A stretch of DNA of 64,000 nucleotides from Zoogloea sp. (GCA_023150095.1 JAKLLO010000017.1:463-64462); one strand, 5' to 3'. Positions 28,366-38,632 are shown, counted from the stretch's first letter. The notes: generated by a model not told the origin, from the sequence alone. Translations and numbers: made by a program.

Positions 28366-30054
28366 TCAGGCCGCAGCGCCGGCGGCGCTCACGTTGAGGT
28401 GCTTGTCGTGGAAGACCTCCAGCGTAGTACGGTGGGCGACGCTGACGATGGTGCAGTTGGGCAGCCGGTCCACGATCAGCTGGTACATGTGGGCTTCGGT
28501 GTCGTTGTCGAGGGCGGCGGAGGCTTCGTCCATGAACAGGATGTCCGGCTTGAACAGCAGCGCGCGGGCAAAGGCCAGGCGCTGCTGCTCGCCGGGCGAC
28601 AGCTGGTGGCTCCAGCGGGCGGATTCGTCCAGGCGCGGCACCAGATGGGGCAGCCGGCAGTCCTCCAGCACCTTCACCAGTTCGTCGCGCCCGATGTCGT
28701 CAAGGCTTGAGGGATAGACGAGGGTTTCCTTCAGCGGGCCGTCGGCGAGGTAGTTCTTCTGGGGCATGAACATCACCCGGGCGCCGGCCGGCACGCTGAT
28801 CCGCCCGTCACCAAAGGGCCACAACCCGGCGATGGCCCGCAGCAGGGTGCTCTTGCCCACGCCGGAGGGGCCGCGCACCAGCCAGCGCTCGCCGGGCGCA
28901 AACAGGAACTCGTCGATCTTCGACAGCACCCGGCCGGTGGGCAGGCACAGGCGCACGTCGTCGCCCTCGATGGCGTCGGCGGCCGGATCGCGGGACAGCT
29001 CGATGCTGCCGCCGTCGCTGGCGGCCATCGCCGCCTCCATCCCGGCCAGACGCCGCACCCGCGCCGAGAGCTGGAACAGATCGCTGTACGACAGCGCAAA
29101 CCACGCCACCGACGCGGTGGTGGCGGCAAAGGCCGACACGTCCTGCATCAGCGTGCCCATCGACAGTTCGCCGCTCAGCACCTTGGGCGCCACCGCGATG
29201 ATGGGCACCAGCACCGCGACCACCGAGAAGGTGGTGCTGGTGACGTTGAGATAGACGTTCTGGCGCATCAGCTGGACCCAGTTGCGCTGGATCTCGCCGA
29301 ACAGCCGCTGCAGCCGGCCCTGCTCGACACCCTGCCCGCCGTACAGGGCGATCTGCTCGGAGGCTTCGCGCACCTTGGCGAGGGAGAAGCGGTAGTCCGC
29401 CTCGCAGCTCTGCTGCTCGACAGTGAGCGCCGCCAGCCGGTGGCCGGCGAGGTGGGTGGCGAGGGTCTGCAGCACGCCCCACGAAATCGCCAGCCAGAAC
29501 AGATAGCCCGGAATGGTGAGCACTCCGCCGCCCACCTTGAAGCTCATCGGGCCGGCGCTCTGCCACAGGATCCAGCCCATCGAGCCGAGGGTGCCCAGGT
29601 TGGCGATGAAGCCGAGCCCGAGGCTGAGCATCAGCCGCACGTATTCGTTGATGTCCTGGGCGAGGCGCTGGTCCGGGTTGTCGCACAGGCTGTCGCGCTC
29701 GATGCGGTAGAAAGTGTCGCCGCTCAGCCAGCGGGCGGTCATGGCGTCGGTGAGGCTCTGGCGCCAGCGGATCTGCAGGCCCTGCTCGATGTAGGCGCGC
29801 AGCGTCATCACCGCAACCAGAAAACCGACCACCACGAAGAACTGCACCATGCTGTCGTTGAAGGCCGGCGTGTCGAGGTGCTGCAGCGCGTCGTAGAACA
29901 GCTTGTTGATCTCGTTCACCCGCACGTTGAGCCAGGTGCCGATGCCCACCAGCGCAACAAGGAGGGCCGCCAGCAGCCAGGCCATGTGGCGGCCGGCCGA
30001 ACGGCGCCAGAACGGTGCGGCGAGGCGGAAGGTACTGCGCAGAATCGCAAACAT
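28366..30054 (-). CDS. ABC transporter, fused permease/ATPase of the ABCD/YddA/BacA-like family
   Basis: DNPDQRL, EAA-like REASEQIALY, GPSGVGKS, LSPGEQQRL, MDEAS, SVAHR. Confidence 0.88.
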   Translation of the reverse strand: MFAILRSTFRLAAPFWRRSAGRHMAWLLAALLVALVGIGTWLNVRVNEINKLFYDALQHLDTPAFNDSMVQFFVVVGFLVAVMTLRAYIEQGLQIRWRQSLTDAMTARWLSGDTFYRIERDSLCDNPDQRLAQDINEYVRLMLSLGLGFIANLGTLGSMGWILWQSAGPMSFKVGGGVLTIPGYLFWLAISWGVLQTLATHLAGHRLAALTVEQQSCEADYRFSLAKVREASEQIALYGGQGVEQGRLQRLFGEIQRNWVQLMRQNVYLNVTSTTFSVVAVLVPIIAVAPKVLSGELSMGTLMQDVSAFAATTASVAWFALSYSDLFQLSARVRRLAGMEAAMAASDGGSIELSRDPAADAIEGDDVRLCLPTGRVLSKIDEFLFAPGERWLVRGPSGVGKSTLLRAIAGLWPFGDGRISVPAGARVMFMPQKNYLADGPLKETLVYPSSLDDIGRDELVKVLEDCRLPHLVPRLDESARWSHQLSPGEQQRLAFARALLFKPDILFMDEASAALDNDTEAHMYQLIVDRLPNCTIVSVAHRTTLEVFHDKHLNVSAAGAAA

Positions 30055-30200
30055 GGTGTGGTCTTTCCTGTCGGAGAGGGCGCCCGCCGTCGCCCGACGG
30101 CGGCAGGCCGGCGGCACACGCAGCAGGGCGCATGCCGGTGGTCTGGACAGGATTCTAAGGGAGGAAGCCGGCAGGCGACGACGGTTCGCGCGGCGGGCGC

Positions 30201-31220
30201 TCAGGCCGCTGCGGTGGCAGCCTGACGGCGTCGGTAGTCGCTGGGCGATTCGCCGTGCCAGCGGCGAAAGGCGCGGGTAAAGGCGCTCTGCTCCGAAAAG
30301 CCGAGCAGGAAGGTGATCTCCGTGAGGCTGCGCCGGGGGTTTTCCAGATAGCGCCGGGCCAGCGCCTCGCGGGTCTCGTCCACCAGCCGCTTGTACGTGA
30401 TGCCCTGCTCCGCCAGCCGGCGCTGCAGGGTGCGGCGACTGAGGCCGACGGCTTCGGCCAGCGCGCCCTCGGCGGGCTCACCGGAGGTGAGGTGTTCGAG
30501 CAGGTGGGCCTTGCAGCGGGTGACCAGGTCGTCCCGGGTGAGTTCGGCCAGCTGCCCGGTGAGGATGCGGTCGAAGGTGGCCGCCATGTCCCGGTAGGCG
30601 GTGGGGAGGCGCCGGTCAGCGTCGGCCGGGGCGAGCAGGAAGCTGTCTTCGCTGCAGCCGAATTCGACGCGGCAGCCGAAGAAGCCATCCCACGCCTCGC
30701 GCCTGGCCGGCAGCGCCCGGCGCAGGCGCACCTGCAGCGGGTTGAGGGTGTCGCCGAAGTTGGTGCGGCACATGTCCACGATGATCGACAGGGAGAAGTC
30801 GGTCATGAAGGGCCCGATCGCCTTGTCGCCGCGTCCGTGGTCGTAGATGAAGCGCAGGCCGTCGGGCGATTCCTGCACCGTGTAGCGGAAGCGTTCGCCC
30901 AGCACGCGGGCGTAGCGCTCCATGCGCTTGAGGCCGGTGCGCAGGGTGCTGCTGGAGAGCCAGGCGTAGCCCATCGTGCCCAGGTTGGACGGGTGCCAGC
31001 AGCGCGCCGCATGGAGCGCGAAGGCCGGATCGGACAGCCGCGGGCAGGCGCGCTCGAAGACGATGTCGGCGATGCGGCTCGGAAAGCGCTCGCCGGGCTC
31101 GGCCAGCTGCTGCTCGGAGATGCCGAGGCCGGCCAGCAGCTCGGTCGGATCGAGCCCTTCCCGCTCGAACATGCGCATCATCATCAGCCACACGGTGGCC
31201 AAGGTGCTCGTCGTCGCCAT
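30201..31220 (-). CDS. AraC family transcriptional regulator (OruR-like)
   Basis: LGTMGYAWLSSSTLR N-domain; SRRTLQRRL...LLGFSEQSAFTRAFRRWHGESP HTH. Confidence 0.9.
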   Translation of the reverse strand: MATTSTLATVWLMMMRMFEREGLDPTELLAGLGISEQQLAEPGERFPSRIADIVFERACPRLSDPAFALHAARCWHPSNLGTMGYAWLSSSTLRTGLKRMERYARVLGERFRYTVQESPDGLRFIYDHGRGDKAIGPFMTDFSLSIIVDMCRTNFGDTLNPLQVRLRRALPARREAWDGFFGCRVEFGCSEDSFLLAPADADRRLPTAYRDMAATFDRILTGQLAELTRDDLVTRCKAHLLEHLTSGEPAEGALAEAVGLSRRTLQRRLAEQGITYKRLVDETREALARRYLENPRRSLTEITFLLGFSEQSAFTRAFRRWHGESPSDYRRRQAATAAA

Positions 31221-31383
31221 CCGCCCCTCCGTTGTTTTTGTGGCGCAGATCGTCAATTGAAAGGCGCGGATCGTCAAGCCCGTTCCGGGTCGTTTTCATA
31301 CGATCCGGGTAAGGCGTCACGCTTGTTTGCGGATGCCGGACCCCGCGAGCCATCGCGGCCGCAATCCTGACGATGGAGCCACC

Positions 31384-32691
31384 ATGACGAACCGCAAGTT
31401 CGCCGTCGATCCCATCACCGGTTTCCTGAACCGGGGCGGGAGCCTGTCCCTCGCCCGTCGGGTCATTGGCGCAGCCACCGCGAAGGGCCAGCCGCTGGCC
31501 TTGCTGTGGCTGGATCTCGACCGCTTTCACAAGGTCAATGCCTCGTTCGGGCACCGCGGCGGCGACCGCATCATTGCCCATGTCGCCAGCCTCATCCGGG
31601 CGCAGGTGCCGGATACGGCCCACTGCATGCGGATGGGGAGCGACGAGTTCGTGATCCTCCTGCCGGACATGGCGCTGGACCACGCCAGCGGCCTCGGGCT
31701 GCGGCTGGCCGCGACCCTCGAACAGCCGCTTGAACTCGACGGCATGATGATCCACCCCACCGCCAGCATCGGACTTGCCCAGCACGCCGCCGGCGAGAGC
31801 CTGCACGCCTTCTTCGAGCGCGCCGACCGGGCGATGCTCGACGCCAAGCGCCAGGGGGGCAACCGGCTGGTGGTGTCGGGCAGCGAGACCTTCCGCGGCC
31901 GCCACGGCGTGCAGCTGGCCCGCGAGGAGCTGACGGTGGAATCCGACCTGCATCTGGCGCTGGAGACTGGCGGGCTATCCCTCGACTTCCAGCCGGTGCT
32001 GGGCTTCGACGGCCGCATCGAGGCGGTCGAGGGGCTGATGCGCTGCCGGGTGCACGACCGCCTGCTGGCGCCCGGGCGCTTCATCCCGGTGGCCGAGAAG
32101 ACCGGCCTGATCGTGCGCCTGGGCGAATGGAGCCTGCTCCAGGGCACCCGCTTCGCCGCCCGCCTGTGCCACGCCGGCCGCCCGACCAAGGTGGCGATCA
32201 ACGTGTCGCGGGCCCAGCTCACCTCGCCGACCTTCCTGCCGGCGCTGCACGGCGCGCTGATCTGCGCCAACGTCGATCCGGCCCTGATCGAGCTGGAGCT
32301 GACCGAATCGCTGGTGATGGACGAATCCGACGTCGTCCAGCAGAACCTGCGCCGCGCCCGGGAGACCGGCGTCGGCCTCGCCATCGACGACTTCGGCACG
32401 GGCTATTCCAGCCTGTCGTGCCTGAAGGATCTGCCGGCCACCAAGCTCAAGCTCGACCGTTCCTTCGTGCAGGTGCTGCCCGACGACCGGCGCGCCTACG
32501 CGGTGGTGCGTGCCATGTCGCGGCTGGCCCGGGAGCTGGGCATGGTGATGGTGGCCGAAGGGGTCGAGACGCCGGAGCAGCTCGCCGCGCTCCACGACGC
32601 CGAGGTGGACGCCATCCAGGGCTTCATCTGGGCCCGGCCGATGAACGAAGAAGCCTTGCTGGCCTGGCTTGAGCAAAGGAACACACCATGA
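31384..32691 (+). CDS. GGDEF-EAL protein (GSDEF / EGL variants)
   Basis: DLDRFHKVN, RMGSDEF, AVEGLMR, DDFGTGYSS, EGVET, QGF. Confidence 0.88.
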   Translation: MTNRKFAVDPITGFLNRGGSLSLARRVIGAATAKGQPLALLWLDLDRFHKVNASFGHRGGDRIIAHVASLIRAQVPDTAHCMRMGSDEFVILLPDMALDHASGLGLRLAATLEQPLELDGMMIHPTASIGLAQHAAGESLHAFFERADRAMLDAKRQGGNRLVVSGSETFRGRHGVQLAREELTVESDLHLALETGGLSLDFQPVLGFDGRIEAVEGLMRCRVHDRLLAPGRFIPVAEKTGLIVRLGEWSLLQGTRFAARLCHAGRPTKVAINVSRAQLTSPTFLPALHGALICANVDPALIELELTESLVMDESDVVQQNLRRARETGVGLAIDDFGTGYSSLSCLKDLPATKLKLDRSFVQVLPDDRRAYAVVRAMSRLARELGMVMVAEGVETPEQLAALHDAEVDAIQGFIWARPMNEEALLAWLEQRNTP

Positions 32692-33563
32692 CGAACCCGA
32701 CCCAACCCGCCCATCCGCCAGTGGACGCGCTGCTGGAGCGCTCGATCCGCGACATCGACATCCCGCCGCGGCCGCAGATCATCGACCGCATCCGCCACGA
32801 GATGCACCGGGACGAACCCGACATGTTCATGGTCGGCCGGCTCATCAGCCGCGACGTGAGCCTCGCCGCCGGCCTCATCAAGACCGCCAACTCGCCCTAC
32901 TTCGGCTTCTCGATGCGGGTGCGCTCGGTGAACGAGGCGCTGATGATGCTGGGCCTCGACGCCGCCAGCCGGGCGATTGCGGCGATCAGCCTGCACAAGG
33001 CCTTTCCCGACAGCGCCCACTACGAGCGCTTCTGGCACGCCTCGGCCGAGATCGCCGCGCTATCGGGCTGGCTCGCCCAGCACCTCGCGGTGCCCTGCGT
33101 GCGCGCCGACGACGCCTACACCTTCGGGCTGTTCCGGGATTGCGGGATCGTGATCCTGCTGCGCCGCTTCGGCAGCTATCGCGACATCCTGATGCGCGCC
33201 AACCGCGACGGCGAGCGGCTCTTCACCGACCACGAACTCGACACCCTGCCCACCCACCACGCGGTAGTCGGCAGCCTGCTGGCCCAGAACTGGTGGCTGC
33301 CCGAGGTGATCTCCCAGGCGATCCGCAACCACCACGACCCAGCCATGCTCGACCGCTTCGACTCCGGCCTGCCGCTGGCCTCCCGCCGCCTCGTCGCCAT
33401 CGCCCAGACCGCCGAGCGGCTGGTTCAGGCGGCCACCGGCGGCAGCCAGACCCGCGAATGGGACAAGCTCGGGCCGTCCTGCCTGCGCCTGCTCGATCTG
33501 GACGACGAGGCCCTGGACGGGCTGGTGGAGCCCGCCACGCAGCTCCTCAGGCGCATCGACTGA
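32688..33563 (+). CDS. HDOD domain protein
   Basis: IPPRP, ANSPYFG, FWHAS, GLFRDCG, WWLPE...IRNHH. Confidence 0.85.
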   Translation: MTNPTQPAHPPVDALLERSIRDIDIPPRPQIIDRIRHEMHRDEPDMFMVGRLISRDVSLAAGLIKTANSPYFGFSMRVRSVNEALMMLGLDAASRAIAAISLHKAFPDSAHYERFWHASAEIAALSGWLAQHLAVPCVRADDAYTFGLFRDCGIVILLRRFGSYRDILMRANRDGERLFTDHELDTLPTHHAVVGSLLAQNWWLPEVISQAIRNHHDPAMLDRFDSGLPLASRRLVAIAQTAERLVQAATGGSQTREWDKLGPSCLRLLDLDDEALDGLVEPATQLLRRID

Positions 33564-33572
33564 CGGCGCAGC

Positions 33573-34118
33573 TCAGGCCCTGAGCTGCTGCGTCCAGGCC
33601 GCCAGCGCCTGCATCTGCTCGGCGATCAGCTTGAGGAGCCGCTCGTCGGTCAGGTTGCCATCCCCGTCGAAGGCACCGGCAAAGGCGTTGGCAAACACCT
33701 CGGGCTTGACGAGGGGGCGCAGGTCGAGGGCCACGCTCACCTGGCGCAGGTGATACTGGGCGCGGGATGTGCCCATCCCGCCGCCGGCGCCCATGATCGA
33801 CACCGGCTTGCCGGCCAGCAGCGCGTTGTCGGGCTCACGGGATGCCCAGTCGAGGATGTTCTTCAGGGCCGGCGCCATCGAATAGTTGTACTCGGGGCAG
33901 GCCAGCACCAGCGCGTCCGCCTCGGCGATCTGCGCCAGCACGCGCTCGACGGCGGCGGGCTTGGTGGTGATGTCCTGGTTGTAGAACGGCACCTCCGCCA
34001 GATCCGCAACGTCCAGGCTCACCCCGGCCGGCAGGCTGGCCGCGGCTGCGCGCAGCAGCCCCTTGTTGGTGGACTTCTGACGCAGGCTGCCGGCGATGCC
34101 CAGGAACTTGAGCGACAT
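33573..34118 (-). CDS. NADPH-dependent FMN reductase
   Basis: GSLRQKSTN, PEYNYS..ALKN.LDWASR, GTSRAQYHLRQ. Confidence 0.92.
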   Translation of the reverse strand: MSLKFLGIAGSLRQKSTNKGLLRAAAASLPAGVSLDVADLAEVPFYNQDITTKPAAVERVLAQIAEADALVLACPEYNYSMAPALKNILDWASREPDNALLAGKPVSIMGAGGGMGTSRAQYHLRQVSVALDLRPLVKPEVFANAFAGAFDGDGNLTDERLLKLIAEQMQALAAWTQQLRA

Positions 34119-34545
34119 GATCGATTTCTCCCTGAAATGGGTTGAACGGGCGGCATCTGCCGCGCCTCACGGTCGGACAAACCGGCAACATTCCCGGTTC
34201 CCGGCAAGACGGCCCAACGTGGGTGCCTCCAGCCGTGCTATCATGGCCGTCTGAATCGTGCATTCGTAATGTCGTCCGCGCGTCTGACGCAGGCGGTGCT
34301 CTCACCCCATCCGAATTCACATCCGCAGAGGCCTGCCTCCCGCCGGCCCGATGCTTTCAGCTGGCGCGCCAGCCTCGCTGCCCACAACGCCAATCAACTG
34401 CGCCTGCGACATTGCTCGCAGGCAACTTGTGCCGATCGCCCACCCGGTGGCCGGCACCCGCCCTCCCCGGCCCCAACCGGGCCAGGCGAAACCCGGGCCC
34501 ATCCACCCTTTTCCGGATGCGCGGCCCGCCACAAGGAGCCCGAAC

Positions 34546-34806
34546 ATGGCCAAAGAAGAACTCATCGAAATGCACGGCAAGGTCACCGAAGTCCTGCCGG
34601 ATGGTCGCTACCGCGTCACCCTCGACAACGAACACCTGCTGATCGCCTACGCTGGCGGCAAGCTCAAGAAGAACCACATCCGCATCATCGCCGGTGACGA
34701 AGTCACCCTCGAAATGTCGCCCTACGACCTCTCCAAGGGCCGCATCACCTTCCGCCACCTGCCCCCGCGCAGCGGCAACGCCCCGGCTCCCGCCCGGCGC
34801 TACTGA
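34546..34806 (+). CDS. infA: Translation initiation factor IF-1 (stand-alone paralogue)
   Basis: [40 protein letters not shown]; SD AAGGAG. Confidence 0.93.
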   Translation: MAKEELIEMHGKVTEVLPDGRYRVTLDNEHLLIAYAGGKLKKNHIRIIAGDEVTLEMSPYDLSKGRITFRHLPPRSGNAPAPARRY

Positions 34807-34891
34807 GCCCCCTGAAGCCGGCCGGGCACCCACGAAGCCTCAACAATCGTGAAAAACGGCCGGATTTCAGGCAATCATGCGTCGGACATCC

Positions 34892-34920
34892 TTGCGGCGT
34901 CCGGCTGCTCTTGATACTAT
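34892..34920 (+). promoter_or_regulatory. Sigma-70 promoter for tRNA-Thr
   Basis: TTGCGG-N17-TACTAT with extended TG. Confidence 0.6.
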
Positions 34921-35016
34921 CCGCCCCGCTTTTCAAGGGTTGTCGCACTTCAAGCCTTACGGCAGCAGTGTGATCCACCAACCCGACGGCGCCGCATTCT
35001 GCAGCGCTCGTGCAGT

Positions 35017-35091
35017 GCTCATGTAGCTCAGTGGCAGAGCACTCCCTTGGTAAGGGAGAGGTCGGCAGTTCAATCCTGCCCATGAGCACCA
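35017..35091 (+). tRNA. tRNA-Thr(GGT)
   Basis: 75 nt, GCTCATG/CATGAGC acceptor stem, CTCCC-TT-GGT-AA-GGGAG anticodon arm, CCA. Confidence 0.96.
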
Positions 35092-35301
35092 CACACCCCC
35101 GCCCTCTGCCGCACCCGAATACCTTTTCATCAGGATCGCTCCTGCACCCGCATTGCGCTCAAGCCACGCGGACACCGGCCGGGCATTGCCAGAGTGGGAA
35201 TCCCGACAGCCACCGCGCGCCCGACTTGAGGCACACTGAGGCCTGCAGACATCCGCGGACCGCAGCATGACGCAGAAACGGCGAGGACTCGGCCCATTCC
35301 C

Positions 35302-37137
35302 ATGATTTCCCGGCTATTACCCCAGATATCGGCGCGCCCGCTGCAGCTGGTCCGTGCCGCGATCATCGGCGTCACCCTGCCGGCCCTGGGCATCATCTGG
35401 TACGAAACGCTCACGTCCACATCGCATAACGAAAAGGACGCCACCGACCGCGTCCGCGCCCAGGCGTTGATCCAGGCCCGGGCCGCCGGCGCAACGGTGC
35501 AGGCCGGCATCGAGCGCTTCGACTTCGCCCTCCGGACGGCGCGCATCGCCACCCTCGACGGCCCCGCCGCGATGGCCCTGCAGGGCCAGCTGATCACCGA
35601 AACCATGCCGCCGGGGCTGGTGCTCCAGCAGTTCCGGATCGACGTCGAGGGCTACCTGGCCTATTCGTCCCTCGGCCCGTCGCCGCGCAACTTCCTCGGC
35701 GACCGGGATTACTTCCGCCAGCTCGCCACCGAACACGAAGACCGGCTGGTGGTCTCGCCGCCGGTGCTGGGCCGCCTCACCGGCAAGTGGAGCATCCAGA
35801 TCGCCCGCGCCATCCGCCGGGACGGTCGCTTCGATGGCGTGGTGTCCCTGGCCGTCTCGCCCGAGGCCTGGGCAGAACAACTCGCCCGCTTCGAGAGCGG
35901 CCCCCGCGACACCCTGACCCTCGTCAGCGGCCAGGGTCACGTGCTGCTACGGACCCTCGACCCCACCGCCCACTACGGGAAGCAGGCGCCCCAGCAACGG
36001 GAATACATCACCCGCCCCGATCTCAAGGAAGGCCATTACGTGGCCCATGCGTCGGTGGATGGCATCCTGCGCCACTACGCCTGGACGCGCCTTCCGTCGG
36101 GCCTGGTGATGATGAGCGGCATCGCCCTCGAAGACGCCCTCGCCCCGATGCGCGCCCAGAACACCTGGGCGATTCAGCAGGCGGGCATCTTCAGCGCCCT
36201 GCTGGTGCTCGTCATCAGCGGCCTGCTGGTGGCCCTCAAGCGCTACGAGCGGGCGGTGGACGCCCTGGCCGACCGGGAGGAGCACCTCTCCGAAGTCCTC
36301 GACTACATGGCCGAAGGCATCGTCATCGTCGATACCGAAAACCACATCGTCGACATCAACCCGGCCTTCAGCGCCATCACCGGTTTTGGCGTGGACGAAC
36401 TGCGCGGGCAGCACATCTCGACACTCCCCGCCGGACGGGTGGGCGGCCAGAGCCTGGGCGAGCTGTTCGGCCCCGCCGACCTGCACCACCAGCGCGGCGA
36501 TTTCGAAGGCCGCCGGCGCGACGGTGAGGCCTACACCGGCCACGCGGTCATCTCGGCGGTCCTGGCCGCCGACGGCAGCGTGGTGCATCGGGTGGCCCTG
36601 GTGGCCGACGTGACCGAGCTGCGCCGCCGCGACGGCGAGATCTGGCACCAGGCCAACTTCGACCGCCTGACCGGCCTGCCCAACCGTTCGCTGATCTCCG
36701 ACCGGCTCGAGAGCATGGTGCACCACGCCCGCCGCCATCAGTCCGAAGTCGTGGTGCTGTTCATCGACCTCGACCGCTTCAAGCCGGTGAATGACCGCTT
36801 CGGCCACGACGTGGGGGATCTGCTGCTGCAGCAGGTCGCCCAGCGCCTCCAGCGGCTTTTCCGCGACGAGGACACCGTGGCCCGGCTGGGCGGCGACGAG
36901 TTCGTGGTGGCGATGCCCAACGACGCGGGCCAGGCCGCCATCGAGCCCACCGCCGCCAAGGTGGTGGAGGCGCTGTCGCAGCCCTTCGAGGTGGATGGGC
37001 ACGTGCTGCGCATCGCCTGCAGCGTGGGCGTGGCACGCTTCCCCAACGACGGCGACAGCGCCGAACGCCTGCTCACCGCCGCCGACCACGCCATGTATCG
37101 GGCCAAGAACGCCGGCCGGGCGCGCTGGAGCGCCTGA
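35302..37137 (+). CDS. Diguanylate cyclase with Cache and PAS domains
   Basis: TM-Cache (DRDYF, PPVLGRLTGKWSI)-TM-PAS-GGDEF (RDEDTVARLGGDEF). Confidence 0.9.
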   Translation: MISRLLPQISARPLQLVRAAIIGVTLPALGIIWYETLTSTSHNEKDATDRVRAQALIQARAAGATVQAGIERFDFALRTARIATLDGPAAMALQGQLITETMPPGLVLQQFRIDVEGYLAYSSLGPSPRNFLGDRDYFRQLATEHEDRLVVSPPVLGRLTGKWSIQIARAIRRDGRFDGVVSLAVSPEAWAEQLARFESGPRDTLTLVSGQGHVLLRTLDPTAHYGKQAPQQREYITRPDLKEGHYVAHASVDGILRHYAWTRLPSGLVMMSGIALEDALAPMRAQNTWAIQQAGIFSALLVLVISGLLVALKRYERAVDALADREEHLSEVLDYMAEGIVIVDTENHIVDINPAFSAITGFGVDELRGQHISTLPAGRVGGQSLGELFGPADLHHQRGDFEGRRRDGEAYTGHAVISAVLAADGSVVHRVALVADVTELRRRDGEIWHQANFDRLTGLPNRSLISDRLESMVHHARRHQSEVVVLFIDLDRFKPVNDRFGHDVGDLLLQQVAQRLQRLFRDEDTVARLGGDEFVVAMPNDAGQAAIEPTAAKVVEALSQPFEVDGHVLRIACSVGVARFPNDGDSAERLLTAADHAMYRAKNAGRARWSA

Positions 37138-37143
37138 GCGCGG

Positions 37144-37332
37144 TCAGTCGTGCCGGTCGTCGCGGCCCACGAAACCGCGGCTGATGTTCCTCAGCCAGCC
37201 GATCTGGCTCCGGAAGGCCCGGCAGCCTCGACAGAAGATCAGGTGCAGGCGCAGGCTCAGGCGCTCGCCCCGGCCAAGCGGCCGGTCGAGGCCGGCCGAC
37301 ATCAGATGGGTGGCCTTCTTGCAGGTCAGCAT
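37144..37332 (-). CDS. zf-HC2 anti-sigma factor
   Basis: MLTCKKATHLMS...LRLHLIFCRGC (HxxxCxxC). Confidence 0.85.
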   Translation of the reverse strand: MLTCKKATHLMSAGLDRPLGRGERLSLRLHLIFCRGCRAFRSQIGWLRNISRGFVGRDDRHD

Positions 37333-37904
37333 GGTGCGGGCTCCACACCGAACCAGCCGTTGGTGAGGCATTGCCTCAACCCGGCCCGGGCCCGGTGAAG
37401 GATGACGTGGCAGTGGCTCGTCGTGAGGGAAAGGGTCGCGCAGATCTCGTCGGTTTCCAGCCCGAGAAACTCGCGCATCATGAACACCCGCGCCGTTCGG
37501 GCGGGCAGCACTTCAAGGCAGGTCTCGAACACCAGCCAGAACTGGCGCTGCTCGAGCGCCGCGTGGGGGTCGGCCCAGGGCCGCGGGCGGGTGTCCGGGC
37601 GCCAGTGCTCGCTGGCGTTGAAGAGCCCGTCGAGGGTCTCGTCCAGTTCTTCCTCATCCCGCTCCAGGCTCGAGATCTGCACCGTGCGCCCACGCTCCCG
37701 CAGGCTGTCGATGATCTTGTGGCGCAGGATGGTGAACAGCCAGGTTTTGAGGGCCGAGCGCCCGGCAAAGCGGTCGATGCCCGCCAGCGCGGCCTCGATG
37801 GCCTCCTGCACCACGTCCTCGCCCGCCGCGTCGTCGTGCAGTTGCAGGCGGGCAAACTTCACCATCTGCGGGCGGAAATCGGCGATCAGCTCGGCAGCGC
37901 TCAT
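37326..37904 (-). CDS. ECF sigma-70 factor
   Basis: EDVVQEA, FAGRSALKTWLFTILRHKIID, EIC..L.LT..HCHVILHRAR. Confidence 0.9.
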   Translation of the reverse strand: MSAAELIADFRPQMVKFARLQLHDDAAGEDVVQEAIEAALAGIDRFAGRSALKTWLFTILRHKIIDSLRERGRTVQISSLERDEEELDETLDGLFNASEHWRPDTRPRPWADPHAALEQRQFWLVFETCLEVLPARTARVFMMREFLGLETDEICATLSLTTSHCHVILHRARAGLRQCLTNGWFGVEPAPC

Positions 37905-38632
37905 CGGCGCGCCCCCAGGATCACTCCGGCGTCGGCCAGCGCCGCCAGATTCTGGGCGCCGAAGGCCACGAAGGCCGGGTCGGCCGCGCGGCCCAGTTCG
38001 GTCGCCAGCGTCTCGATGGCCGCCCGCCCACGGGTGACGCCGTCGCACAGGGCGAGCAGGCGCGCCGAGGCCGGGCTGAGCTCGATGAAACGCACCGCCT
38101 CGCCCCCATCGCGATACACCACGATGCACACCGGTGCCGGCTTGCGCGGGCGAAAATCCGGCCCGATGCGCTGCACCGGCCACGCAAAGGCCAGCGACAT
38201 CGCCGCGGGGTTGGGCTGGGGAAAGTCGTCCAGCAGGCTGGCGCCCACCTCCACCGGCGGCAGCGCCACGTCCATCAGATCCACCGCCAGCTCTGCCCAC
38301 TCGTAACGGGCCAGGTCCGCCAGCCAGCGGGGCAGCCCGGCGGGCGGGGCGGATTCCAGGTAATCGACGAAGGCCCGCGGGATGTCGCGGAACCACGCGC
38401 TGCTGCACGGCCAGTCCCGGTAGAAGCAGCGGCACAGGCGCGTCCAGCGGGCTTCGCCCAGGCAGGCGCGGGCCACCGGAAAGCAGCGATCGACAAAGCC
38501 CCGCAGGTTGTTGAAGAGCAGCGCCTCGTACACCGCCATCGGCCGTGCCGCCACGCCGGGCGGGCACGGCACGCTGCGCCCGCCCCGCAGGCGCGCACCG
38601 AAGGCTGCCTGAAAAGCCTGCAGGCCGCTCAT
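37901..38632 (-). CDS. DUF2063 (HvfC/BufC-type RiPP partner protein)
   Basis: FQAAF..RLR, VYEALLFNN, FPV, DLARYEWAEL, WPVQRIG. Confidence 0.88.
   Translation of the reverse strand: MSGLQAFQAAFGARLRGGRSVPCPPGVAARPMAVYEALLFNNLRGFVDRCFPVARACLGEARWTRLCRCFYRDWPCSSAWFRDIPRAFVDYLESAPPAGLPRWLADLARYEWAELAVDLMDVALPPVEVGASLLDDFPQPNPAAMSLAFAWPVQRIGPDFRPRKPAPVCIVVYRDGGEAVRFIELSPASARLLALCDGVTRGRAAIETLATELGRAADPAFVAFGAQNLAALADAGVILGARR

Noticed and set aside
30055-30200. Possible cobalamin riboswitch before the ABC transporter
   Set aside because: Only a GC hairpin; no recognisable B12-box and the region is short
34246-34255. GCCGTCTGAA, the Neisseria DNA uptake sequence
   Set aside because: I noticed only one copy in 64 kb; real DUS genomes carry it at high density
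21725-35091. tRNA genes flanking accessory DNA as possible island attachment sites
   Set aside because: No integrase and no duplicated tRNA 3' end found; GC content looks similar on both sides
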